Shown here in pieces: positions 1 through 11,293 of a DNA stretch of 64,000 bases. The stretch comes from Octopus sinensis (taxonomy: Eukaryota). Position 1 is the first letter of the stretch; every line of letters begins with the position of its first letter. The translations under genes were made by a program, and so were the position numbers. Under the pieces are notes generated by a model. The model was not told where the DNA came from. It worked only from the letters and a program-made list of their open reading frames with translations, and did no database searches. Where the stretch lies: the NCBI RefSeq assembly GCF_006345805.1, contig NC_042997.1, forward strand, positions 127,782,001-127,846,000. The letters are read 5' to 3'.

Positions 1-145
1 GGTGTATATTTCGTTTGTCACTGTTATTTATGAAATATTTAATCTCAGTTACGTTCGTATGGATAAACGAGTGTATCTGAAGCATGTTTACTTCATGGCA
101 CCACCATAATCGTTCCTGCTTCATTTTTCCTTTTTTTCCGTAATT

Positions 146-232
146 CTAACCCTATAACTTCAACTCTAACTGTCAAACCTTAACCCTAACCCTAAAACCC
201 TAACCCCAACCCTAAAACCTTAAAACTAAAAC
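146..232. repeat. Degenerate interstitial (TAACCC)n telomere-like tract
   Basis: ctaaccct...taaccctaaccctaaaaccctaaccccaaccctaaaacc; several exact TAACCC units among variants. Confidence 0.7.
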
Positions 233-265
233 TAGTACAAACGCACGAACGATGTCAAAAGGTAA

Positions 266-380
266 AGATCCCTGAAAGGATGAAAGGTAAAGTCCACCTC
301 GGTGGAATTTGAACTCAGAAGGTAAAAAACGGAAGAAATGCCGCTAAGCATGTTGCCCGGTGTGCTGCTGACGATTCTGT
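266..380 (-). mobile_element. SINE family B fragment
   Basis: gaaaggatgaaaggtaaagtccacctcggtggaatttgaactcagaa, the reverse complement of the family B body. Confidence 0.85.
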
Positions 381-1144
381 GTGAAATAGGCAAATGGCAA
401 ACTCGAACCAGATTTTTTATTGAGAGTTTTGTTGGTTTCCTAGAAGCGGAGGTGTATAAGAAGGGTCATTTGCTGGGGAAAAATATATATAAGTAATCAG
501 TTTGATACATGCAACAGAATGTAGAACTCTTGTAAAATAGCAGCTTAAAGAAACAAACAGAATCAATATTTAGAGAAAAACAACTTCAAAACATTAGAGC
601 GAGAAACATAAATCAAACTATTACAGGACTTCAGATTTTACTCATCCTGAATTAATAAAAAATATATAAATAAATAAATAAATAAAACCTCAGAAAAATA
701 AAAACTATTCAACCGACATAAATAAACGACTAAAGATTTACGTTTATCACAGATGTTAAGTAGAGTAAAAGTACTGCATTATGTTTATTTATTTATTTAC
801 ATTATATAGCTATATACATATGTGTGTGTTTGTTTATTTTGCTTTGTAGCATTTATACGCAAATCGTAAGTAAACGAACAATCGTAGAGTGTACATAAAT
901 ATACACATTAATAGCATTAAGAATATTGAAATAAATATCTTCTTCAGACAATGGGTGTTTACAAAACAATTGTGCAGCTAAATGGAGATAACCCTAAATT
1001 GACCGCATAAAACACAAGATAAATATTTGAGAAATACCGATAGCTTCTTCCACAAAAAACAAAAAACAAAAACAAATGTACACATATAAATGTATATGTA
1101 TGTATATGTGCTGATATATACATGTGTGTGTGTGTGTGTGTGTT

Positions 1145-1470
1145 GGCGCAGGTGTATCTGTGTTGTAAGAAGTTTGCTTCCCAAGCACATGGTTCCGAGT
1201 TCAGATCCTCTGCGTGGCACCTTGCGCAAGTGTCTTCTGCTATACCTTCGTGTCAAGCCTTGTGAGTGGATTTGGTAGACGGAAACTGAAAGAAGCCCGT
1301 CATATATATAGTTACTTCCTCGTATCCTAGCGGTTCAGCAAATTAGATCGATGCAATAAGTACCAGGCTTTAAAACAAAATAAGCAGTGATATCGATTCA
1401 TTCGACTCAAAACTCTTCAAGACGGTGCCCCAACATGGCCGCAGTCGAATGACTGAAGCAAGTTAAAGAA
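1145..1470 (+). mobile_element. SINE family A (tRNA head, CORE-like, CR1-type tail), diverged full copy
   Basis: ggcgcagg head, B-box ggttccgagttcagatcc, ccttgcgcaagtgtctt CORE-like motif, tail ggtgccccaacatggccgcagtcgaatgactgaa. Confidence 0.85.
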
Positions 1471-1529
1471 TATATCTGCACACATATTGTATGTATGCTT
1501 CTTTATATATATATTCTTTTCTTTTCGTT

Positions 1530-1900
1530 TATTCCTTTATTTGTTTCAGTCATTTGATTGCGGCCATACTGGAGCACCACCTTTAGTCGAGCAAATCGAC
1601 CCCAGGACTTGTTCTTTGTAAGCCTAGTACTTATTCTATCGGTCCCTTTTGACGAGCCACTAAGTTACGGGGACGTAAACACACCAGCATCGGTTGTCAA
1701 GCGAGGTTGGAGAGGACAAACACACATGCACACATATATACGACGGGCTTCTTTTACTTTCCATCTGCCAAATCCACTCACAAACTTTGGTTGGCCTGAC
1801 ACTACAGTAGAAGACACTTGCCCAAGGTGCTATAGTAGGACTGGAACCATAACTATGTGGTTGATAAGCAAGCCACTTACCACACAACCACTCCTGCGCC
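1530..1900 (-). mobile_element. SINE family A, full copy
   Basis: tttcagtcatttga...gagcaccacc tail through ccactcctgcgcc head, tail-to-tail with the previous copy. Confidence 0.9.
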
Positions 1901-2029
1901 TTTATGTGTGTGTGTGTGTGTCAACTAACAAATATTTATTCTTATATTGGAGGCGTCGAAATGTATTGTATGACAGAAGTAATAAAATATTTTTTCGAAC
2001 GCAGAGTAGCCCTTAGAATAGCAAAAATA

Positions 2030-2565
2030 CTGGATAAGTTACCTTTACAAGGCGGAAAAATTTGTCAACAACCAGCCATGGGACTCGAATCCATATCCCT
2101 CAAAGATTGCAGTTGAGTCTTTACTATTAAGGTAAACTGCCTACTGACATATTCACCGCCGCATATATAAAGATTTCTATAGAAATTAAAGTAATTCTCG
2201 AAAGCAGAAGACTGTGAAGATATCTTAGAACATTGGATAAATAGCCGCAGAAGAAGGAAGAAATAGCCAGCAAGCCTCTACAGAGAATCGAACCCTGTAC
2301 CTCTTAAATTTTTAAACCCCTGACAACAAATACCGTCTTTCTATGAGACTAAATAATATCTTTTGGAATGTGAGAACTTTATTTGCAAACAAACTTTAAA
2401 GCACCAAGAGTGTTTCTGTAGAGTGTTCAGCCGGAATTTGAGAGGTACTGAGATCGATTCTCTGACCACTTTTTTACGCATTTTAAAAGGTATTTTACCC
2501 GATTTTCTAAACTGTCTTCACATCTATCCTGCGTTTGAGAATTCCTTTGTTTCCTGCCGAATACC
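2030..2565. repeat. tRNA-like remnants including a divergent inverted pair (unclassified family)
   Basis: B-box-like ggttcgattc and gattcgagtccc on minus; 2281-2304 matches the reverse complement of 2441-2464 at 21/24; 2178-2230 resembles the reverse complement of 2504-2560. Confidence 0.5.
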
Positions 2566-2696
2566 AACACACTAGGTGCTCCCTCGGTATTTTGTAAACT
2601 TGCATTTTACTTTCTGTAAATATACTTACAAATATACGTACAGACTTTCTCAGTCATTTGTACTCTGTGTAAGTTTGATCTTTTAATAAACAACTA

Positions 2697-3135
2697 TAAA
2701 GGCAGCGAGCTGGCAGAATCGTTAGCACACCGGGCGAAATACTTAGCGATATTTCTTCTACCGTTACGTTCTGAGTTCAAATTCTGCCGAGGTCGACTTT
2801 GCCTTTCATCCTTTCGTGGGGTCGATAAATTAAGAGACCAGTTACGCACTGGAGTCGATGTAATCGACCTAATCCGTTTGTCTGTCTTTGTTTGTCCCAT
2901 CTATGTTTAGTCCCCCTGTGGGCAGTCAAGAAATAAGAATCGCTAGCACGCCGGATAAAATGCTTAGCGGCATTTCGTCCGTCGTTACTTTCTGAGTTCA
3001 AATTCAGCTGAGGTTGACTTTGCCTTTCATCCTTTCGGGGTCGATAAAAAAAGTACCAGTTGAACATTGGAAGTCGATGTAATCGACTTAACCCCTTCCT
3101 AAAATTGCTGGCCTTGTGTCAAAATTTGAAACCAA
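2697..3135 (+). mobile_element. SINE family B tandem (full unit plus head-truncated unit with a different tail)
   Basis: ggcagcgagctggcagaatcgttagc head; gtcgactttgcctttcatcctttcg body twice; junction aagaaataagaa|tcgctagcacg. Confidence 0.9.
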
Positions 3136-3189
3136 TGTATGAATATCTTTATATTTATACTTAATATCAATCGTCTGAAGATCTTCAGT

Positions 3190-3215
3190 CTGCTTACACG
3201 TATATATATATATAG

Positions 3216-3260
<45 letters not shown>

Positions 3261-3277
3261 ATAGATATATATATATA

Positions 3278-3317
<40 letters not shown>

Positions 3318-3761
3318 TAGTATATATAGATATATATATATATATTATAATATATTATATATTAGATAGATTATATAGATATATTATATATATATAGATA
3401 GATAGATAGATATAATATAGATATATATATATATATATATATATAGATAGATAGATATATGATAGATATATAATATATATATATATATAGATAGATAGAT
3501 ATATATATAGATATATATTATACTATATATATATATATAGAGATATATATATATATATATAATTTCAACAATTGAGGCAAAATAATTAATTATTAATCAA
3601 TTTCACCAAGTGTTCAGTATGCAAAGGGACCATTCAAGGCGAATTCAAATTATTACATTATATAAAAGGGCTTAGTAAAATAAATTACTTTGCCGATACT
3701 GAACTCATTAGAAATAGCAGCTAAAAAAACTTTTAAAGCTATTTCTAATACTTAAAGAAAA

Positions 3762-3793
<32 letters not shown>

Positions 3794-3970
3794 TAGATAT
3801 ATATATATATAATATATAGATATATATATAGATATATAATATATAAAGATATATATATATATATATATATATAGAATATATATAGATATATATATATATA
3901 TATAGATATTATATATATATAGATATATATATAGATATATATATATATAGATATATATATATATATATAT

Positions 3971-4021
<51 letters not shown>

Positions 4022-4068
4022 TTATATATATATATATTATATATATATATAGATATATATATATATAT

Positions 4069-4109
<41 letters not shown>

Positions 4110-4140
4110 ATATATATATATATATAATATATATATTATA

Positions 4141-4184
<44 letters not shown>

Positions 4185-4222
4185 GTAAATATATATATAT
4201 ATATAGATATATATATATAGTA
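3190..4222. repeat. (TA)n/(GATA)n microsatellite tracts separated by a 200-bp unclassified segment (3560-3770)
   Basis: Direct inspection. Confidence 0.95.
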
Positions 4223-4224
4223 AA

Positions 4225-5055
4225 TGACGTGAAGACTGGATACCACTGGCCAGGAAGAATTGCAAACCCTGAGTCAAAATCAGTGCGTGACCTAGGCATT
4301 GACATGAGCAATGATGCATCTTTCCAAATGCATATTGCTAATCTGGTGATAAAATGCAGACGGCTAGCTGGATGGATTCTCCGAACTTTCAGAACAAGAG
4401 AGAAGGAGACACTGATGGTCCTATGGAAAAACATTTGTCCTCAGCCGCTTGGACTACTGCTCCCAACTTTGGTCACCACACAATATAAAACAAACAGCAG
4501 AACTCGAAGCAACTCAGAGAAGCTACACAAAGAAAAAATCGTCTCAATGCAAAATGTCAGCTACTGGGAAAGACTGAAGGTATTAAACCTCTTCTCCCTG
4601 GAGCGAGGGGGAGAGATATGCAGTGATATACATCTGGAAAATCCTGGAGGGTCTTGTCCCAAACTTGGCATTCAAAGTTACTCCAACGCAGAACGGGGCG
4701 CCGCTGCGTGGTGCCAAGGATTCCAACATCACCATCAAAATACAGGTCCAGATACTGCAAACAGCTGGGTTTCAGAGGACCACAGCTCTTTAACATCCTC
4801 CTAAATGCCTGAGAGACTTACATGGTGGGATGTGGGTTTCTTTAAAACTAAACTGGATCTCTTCTTGTTGGGAGTCCCAGATGAACCTACCTCACGACAG
4901 GAGACACGGATGCGGGCAGCAGCATCGAACTCCCTTGTTGATCAAGTGCCACGTATCAGAGGTGGATTCACAAACTAGTGTAGCTCATTCAGCGGTGGTG
5001 CCCCAGCATGCCGCGGCCTTCGGGCTAAAACATTTTTAAGGATTTAAGGATTTTA

Positions 5056-5058
<3 letters not shown>
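4225..5058 (+). mobile_element. CR1-group LINE, 5'-truncated 3' end of ORF2 plus 3' UTR (frameshifted)
   Basis: Translation across frames gives VRDLGIDMSNDASFQMHI...LDYCSQLWSP...SYWERLKVLNLFSLERR...WKILEGLVPN, typical of the CR1-group ORF2 C-terminus; stop at 4976-4978; ends in about 8-bp tttaagga repeats. Confidence 0.85.
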
Positions 5059-5103
<45 letters not shown>

Positions 5104-5106
5104 TAG

Positions 5107-5152
<46 letters not shown>

Positions 5153-5173
5153 GATATAGATATATATATATAG

Positions 5174-5216
<43 letters not shown>

Positions 5217-5276
5217 GATATATAGATAGATATTATGATATATATATATATATATAGAGTATATATATATATATAT

Positions 5277-5325
<49 letters not shown>

Positions 5326-5395
5326 TATTATATATATATATAATAGATATATATATATATATATATAGATATATATATATATATATAGAGATATA

Positions 5396-5430
<35 letters not shown>

Positions 5431-5655
5431 GATATATATATATATATAGATATATATATATATAGATATATACATATATATATAGATATATATAATATAT
5501 ATTAGATATATATATATATAGATATATATATAGATATATAATATATATAGATAGATATATATAATATATATATAGATATATATATATATATATATATAAT
5601 ATATATTATATTTATATATATATATATATAATATATAATATATATATATATATTG
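5058..5655. repeat. (TA)n/(GATA)n microsatellite
   Basis: Direct inspection. Confidence 0.95.
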
Positions 5656-5924
5656 TATAACAAACCCAAGGTGTTATATTTAATTTGTTTACCCGCATAA
5701 TTGCTTCCATATCTGCTCACCTGGATTCTTCTTATAGCCACTCTTTACTCTGTGGAATTGGTCACACGTAAAGGCATTGGTGTATCTCTGGATCTCGGTG
5801 CTGAATATATATACATACAGATGTATAAATACATATATATGCAGATATATACATTTATCTTTTATACTTTACATGTATTAGCCATTTGACTGCAGCCATG
5901 TTGAGGTACCGTATGCAGGCATTT

Positions 5925-6065
5925 AGACGTAGGAAGGATTGGAAAGTTGAAGACATTCGCTTCGCAATTATGTGGTTTTATGGTTTCGTTCCATTAGGGG
6001 CAATTGTTCTCTCTATTATTGACGAAGGGTGAAATTTGGCTGCCAAAAACTGTATGGAAGATTGT

Positions 6066-6101
<36 letters not shown>

Positions 6102-6230
6102 TGCACATGTGTGTCTGCTTATGTAATCCATGCCTCGTGAATTAGCTGTTCAACAAATAGTTATCAGTAAGTATTAAACAAATACTGGGGGTTGTATTGT
6201 TTGTTGGCGGTGCTTCAGCAAAGGATGACT
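5925..6230 (+). mobile_element. Old, degenerate family A-like SINE
   Basis: Decayed head, internal (TG)n, ggcggtgcttcagc tail remnant. Confidence 0.5.
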
Positions 6231-6256
6231 AGAATATATGTGTGTGGGGGGGGGGG

Positions 6257-6480
6257 AGGCTAACAGACACGTTAGCGCGCCGGGCGAAATGCTTAGCGGT
6301 ATTTCGTATGTCGTTACGTTCTGAGTTCAAATTTCGCCGAGGCCGACTTTGCCTTTCATCCTTTCGGGGTCGATAAATAAAGTACCAGTTTCGCACTGGG
6401 GTCGATGTAATCGACTTAATCCCTTTGTCTGTCCTTGTTTGTCCCCTCTATGTTTAGCCCCTTGTGGGCAACAAAGAAAT
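6257..6480 (+). mobile_element. SINE family B with degenerate TSD
   Basis: Family B body and aaagaaat tail; aatatatgtgtg on both flanks. Confidence 0.9.
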
Positions 6481-6504
6481 ATATGTGTGGGGGGTGGTCT
6501 GGAG

Positions 6505-6640
6505 GATTGTACATACATGCATGCATGCATACATACATACATACATACATACATACATACATAGATACATACATACATACATACATACATACATACATAC
6601 ATACATACATACATGCATGCATGCATATGCATGTACATGT
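6505..6640. repeat. (CATA)n microsatellite
   Basis: Direct inspection. Confidence 0.95.
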
Positions 6641-6679
6641 TCAGATGTGAAATTTCATGTTTAATAACTTTACATTTAC

Positions 6680-7466
6680 TAGAGACGTAATGAGGGCAAA
6701 CATCAGGAACCACAGAGAAACAAATAAGAAACAATTCTGAACACCGTGTAGTTATCAGTGTTTCCTCGGTTATCTTCCCATAACGCACGGCAGTACATAA
6801 AAGCCTACACACTGCAAACACAACCACCGTAATATTAATATTAGAAATCTAGTGAAGAGAAAGTTAGTCAATACGCTTTGAAATGTAAAGAGAGATAGAG
6901 ATGCCATAAAAAAAAATAAACAACTCTCAGACATGACACTGTTACCCCTAAAACAAAAACTCTTAGAACATAGCAAGTTATGTTGCTAATAATATAATGA
7001 ATATAACACCTCGAAAACATACACAAGACCAAAGAAACCAAGCGAACTCTATAAACATATCTACAATCAATTCTACAGAAAGCAAGAGACAAAGTAAGAA
7101 AAAAACTCCTAGTAAAAGCAAAATATAAGAACATCAAAAATTGTTCAGAAAACCAAACAGAGAGAATGAAATAAAATTGAAAAAAATATAATGTAACAAG
7201 ATGGAAGAAAGAAAACATATAACTTAAAATAGCAGCACTCACAAGTGAGAAGAGAGAAGCGTTTTAAAATACAAAAAAAAAAAAGAGCATTAGAAGAAAT
7301 TGTGCAGAAGTCAAACGGTGAAATAGATATAACCTACGTAAACCACTTAGACTGTGTGCCAGGACAGAATAGAAAAATATTTGATAAGGAAATAAATAAC
7401 TAATCACTGTGGAAAATAAACATACAGAAGAAGATTAACCAAAATAGAAAGACTTAATCAATATTA

Positions 7467-7497
<31 letters not shown>

Positions 7498-7920
7498 AGA
7501 CATAAAACGAGGAGGAAGTAAAAGGGTCATACAAGAAAAACAATTTAGAATTAAAATAAAACAGTAATATTTGGTATTAAGGAATGTCTAAGACAGGTAA
7601 TTGTCACAAAATCATAACAGATCAAATGAGTAAAGAGGAAATACAAACAAATTATAAAAATGCAAAATGCTTCGCGAACATATAAAGATAAAATTCGTAG
7701 CAAACTAATGTAGAAAAATGCAGAAATAATATCAAAGGAAGACATTGGAAATGTGTCGGGGACGGACTGTAATAGAGAGATCCAATGGATTATAGAGCAA
7801 TAAACAAAACGAAAACTCTCTATACAGTAATGGACGTTAATAACAGATGAAGGACTATAAAAAACAAGCATCGCTCACTGGGAAAGATACTTGGAAAATT
7901 CCAAAGCTTAATAATCACCA
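6680..7920 (+). mobile_element. Heavily decayed non-LTR retrotransposon, possibly R4/Dong
   Basis: A-rich sense strand with faint GGRG-like (about 7510) and SNQW-like (about 7785) remnants; no intact ORF. Confidence 0.3.
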
Positions 7921-8449
7921 AAAGTTCTTGCTTAGAAACTGCGCATTATTCGCGGTTGCTCAGCCGAAACATTAAATGTAATAGATGCAGGCATGGCTGT
8001 CTGGTTAAGAAGTGAGCTTTGTAACCAAGTGGTTTCTGGTTAGTCTCAGTTGTTTTATTACCCACAAGGGGCGAACAAAAAGGGGACAATACAATCTGAT
8101 TTGGGGTTAGATTCACGAATGATTTTACACAAAGGATGAAATTTAAAATTTACACATAATTACAAAAATATAATGAAATCGGAGAAATCGAATGCTAAGA
8201 CAGACCGGAAGACATTACGGATGGAGTGGGGGCGGTGGCGATTTAGCTCGGACCCCACGAGCTCCACCTCGCCACTGATACCTGGGTTTCGTCCTGTTTT
8301 GCATTCATGCGGTTCCATCCACACGCAACATCCGTGCTACATTCTTACATCGATTTTCAAACACTTTCTCTGGTTAGTCTCAATGCTCGGAACCTTGAGT
8401 GTCTTCTTTCATAGCTCCAGTGTAGCGGTTTCAGTCACCCCCACCGCCA

Positions 8450-8880
8450 TTTAGCATAAAAGAATTTGAGTATGTAATTTGTAAAAATAAAAACGTTGGT
8501 ATTTTCTTTTTTAATGAGAAACTGATTTTGATAAAACCACAAACACCTTCAATGTAAACAAAATATATTTAACAGAATGCCTTAATGCAGTTTAAATGCA
8601 AATGAAATATATTTATCATACAAAACAAAATATATCTACGCTTAAGTGCGACTGATATGTGCATTCTGAGTTCAAATTCCGCCGAGGTCGACTTTGCCTT
8701 TCATCCTTTCAGGGTCGATAAATAAAGTACCAGTTTCGCACTGGGGTCGATGTAATCGACTTAATCCCTTTGTCTGTCCTTGTTTGTCCTCTCTATGTTA
8801 ACCCCTTGTGGGTAGTAAAGAAATATATATACAGAATGAAATATATTTATACACATCAAATGCAAGCGATATACATTTAG
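8450..8880. repeat. Left arm of an about 260-bp inverted repeat, interrupted by SINE-B at 8665-8825
   Basis: Reverse complement matches 10480-10755. Confidence 0.85.
8665..8825 (+). mobile_element. 5'-truncated SINE family B
   Basis: ttctgagttcaaattccgccgaggtcgac...gtgggtagtaaagaaat; absent from the inverted copy at 10530-10550. Confidence 0.92.
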
Positions 8881-8965
8881 TCTCAGTGCGCGGAACCTTG
8901 AGTGTCTTTCTTTATAGCTCCAGTGTAACGATTTCAATTTACCCACCCATTCAGCTTACCTCTCG

Positions 8966-9057
8966 GTAACTTGAAATCGCGTTCAGGTTACCAAGAGCAT
9001 AACTTGAAATCGCTTTCAGGTTACCAGGAGCGTAACTGGAAATCGATTTCATCCTAC
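8966..9057. repeat. Three tandem 33-bp units, each a 26-nt palindrome
   Basis: gtaacttgaaatcgcgttcaggttac / ataacttgaaatcgctttcaggttac / gtaactggaaatcgatttcatcctac with linkers caagagc and caggagc. Confidence 0.85.
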
Positions 9058-9159
9058 CGCGGTTATGGATTCAGATTCCTCTACTCAAATCTTTCCTCAA
9101 CTGTTTGTCACCATAGGGCAAATAAAACATTATTAAGAAAAGGGAATTCGTCTGTCATG

Positions 9160-9840
9160 ACGTTCTGAGTCCAAATGCCACAGGAGTCGACTTTGCCTTT
9201 CATCCTTTCGGGGTCGATAAATTAAGTACCAATTACGTACTGTAATCGACTGGTCCCCTCCCCAATGTCAGACCTTGTGCCTATTGTAGAAAGGATTATT
9301 ATTAAAGGGAATTAAGGCGAGCAGGCAGAATTGTTAGTACGCTGGGTAAAATGCTAAGCGGTATTTCGTCCTTCTTTACGTTCTGAGTTCAAATTCCTCT
9401 GAAGTTGACTTTGCCTTTCATCCCTTCAGGGTCGATAAAATAAGTACCAGTTGAGTACTGGAACCAATATAATCCAACTATCCCCTCCCCGAAATGGCGG
9501 CGGTAGGGTGGCGAGCTGGCAGAATAGTTAGCACGCCGGGCAAAATTCTTCGTGACATTTCGTCCGCCTTGACGATCTGAGGTCAAATTCCGCCGAGGTC
9601 TACTTTACCTTTCATCCTTTCGGAATCGATAAAATAAGCACTAGTTTCGCACGGGAGTTGATATAATCGACTTACCTTCTCCCCAAATTCCAGCCTCGTG
9701 CCTTTAGTAGCAGGGATTTTTTATTAAAGGCAGCGGGTTGGCAGAATCGTTACCATGCCAGAAGAAATACTTTGCGCCAAGGTCAACTTGCACCCCTCAC
9801 CCGAAATGACTGCCCTTCTGCCTGAATTTGAAACCATTAT
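9160..9840 (+). mobile_element. Cluster of four co-oriented SINE family B units or fragments
   Basis: Repeated ggcgagctggcagaa heads and gtcgactttgcctttcatcc bodies with different tails. Confidence 0.88.
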
Positions 9841-9898
9841 TATTATTATTATTATCATCATCATCATCATCATCATCATCACCATCATCTTTATTATC

Positions 9899-10225
9899 GC
9901 TGTGTGGTAAGTAACTTGCTTACCAACCACATGGTTCCGGGTTCATTCCCACTGCGTGGCACCTTGGGCAAGTATCTTCTACTATAGTCTCGGGTCGACC
10001 AAAGCCTTGTCAGTGGATTTGGTAGACAAAAACTGAAAAAAGCCCGTCGTATATATGTATATATATATGTGTGTGTGTGCGTCTGTGTGTGTATATGTTT
10101 GTGTCTGTGTTTGTCCCCCCAACATCGCTTGACAACCGATGCTGGTGCGTATACGTCCCCGTAACTTAGCGGTTCGGCAAAAGAGACCGATAAAATAAGT
10201 ACTAGGTTTACAAAGAATAAGTCCT
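9899..10225 (+). mobile_element. SINE family A, 3'-truncated
   Basis: ctgtgtggtaagtaacttgcttaccaaccacatggttccggg...cggttcggcaaaagagaccgat. Confidence 0.92.
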
Positions 10226-10248
10226 GCGCCTATCTTATTATTATTATT

Positions 10249-10283
<35 letters not shown>

Positions 10284-10479
10284 TGTTATTATTATTATTA
10301 TTTTATTATTATTGCAAATGTAATTTTTCTTGCATAAATAACTATTTATAAAAACAATTTATAAATACTTCCAGAAAAACTCGACAGGTTTCTCTCAAGG
10401 GACATAATGAGGAAGATCATTAACGTATGTGCCAATGTTTTCTGTGCATGTGCATGTGTTAGGTACACGTGTGTTTGTG

Positions 10480-10949
10480 TATAAATGTATATCGCTCGCA
10501 TTTGATGTGTATAAATGTATTTCATTCTGTATATAACCACATATCATTCGCATTTAAGCGTAGATATATTTTGTCTTGTATGATAAATATATTTCGTTTG
10601 CATATAAAGTGCATTAATGCATTCTGTTAAATATATTTTGTTTACATTGAATGTGTTTGTGTTTTTATCAAAATCAGTTTCTCATTAAAAAAGAAAATAC
10701 AAATGTTTTTATTTTTACAAATTACAGACTAAAATTCTTTTATGCTAAATGGGTTTTTTTTTTCTTCTTTTTCTGGGTATGATATAAATGTTCAGGGGAT
10801 GTATAAAATCAAATATTTTTATTATTTTCGCATTTTAAGATTTCCTAACTATCATGAATGTTACACGTGTTTAATGCTTTAAAAATCACAGTTGGAAACG
10901 TAAGAATTTATCATTTTATCGGAATTAACGTGAACAATGCAGGGGTTAA
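10480..10949. mobile_element. Right arm of the inverted repeat, continuing to a GGGG|TTAA end (possible piggyBac-like terminus)
   Basis: 10480-10755 is inverted relative to 8450-8880; gcaggggttaa at 10939-10949. Confidence 0.4.
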
Positions 10950-11191
10950 TTCAAAATCAGGATCACGCTACCCTAGTGGTTACTTGAAATGGTGGGGGTA
11001 GTTTGAGGACTTTACACCGGGAGGACCAATGCCTTATTAGTAAATTTGTTAAAAGGCAACTGTGGAAAACCGTCGTGTGTGTATATATATATAAAGTTAA
11101 TCCAAACATGAAAACACTACAACGCGAGGACGTGGAACAAATATAGTATTATTGGACGCTCAGGAAGGAAGGGAATATATATATATATTTG

Positions 11192-11282
11192 ACTTTCGCC
11201 CATATCGCGTTGAAAGCAGCAACTTCGAGCCTGGTTAGTACTTAGATGGGTGACCGCTTGGAAAACCTAGGTGCTGTAAGCG
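11192..11282 (+). pseudogene. 5S rRNA pseudogene with an about 28-nt internal deletion
   Basis: ccatatcgcgttgaaagca joined to gcaacttcgagcctggttagtacttagatgggtgaccgcttggaaaacctaggtgctgtaagc; matches the metazoan 5S 5' and 3' parts and lacks CCGGTTCTCGTCCGATCACCGAAGTTAA. Confidence 0.9.
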
Positions 11283-11293
11283 TCACGCATTTT

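Noticed and set aside
146-232. True telomere or chromosome end
   Set aside because: Short, degenerate and flanked by ordinary sequence on both sides.
8966-9057. CRISPR-like palindromic repeat array
   Set aside because: Linkers are 7 nt and nearly identical, there are no unique spacers and no cas genes, and the context is eukaryotic.
11192-11282. Functional 5S rRNA gene
   Set aside because: About 28-nt internal deletion removes a helix and part of the internal promoter; solitary copy.
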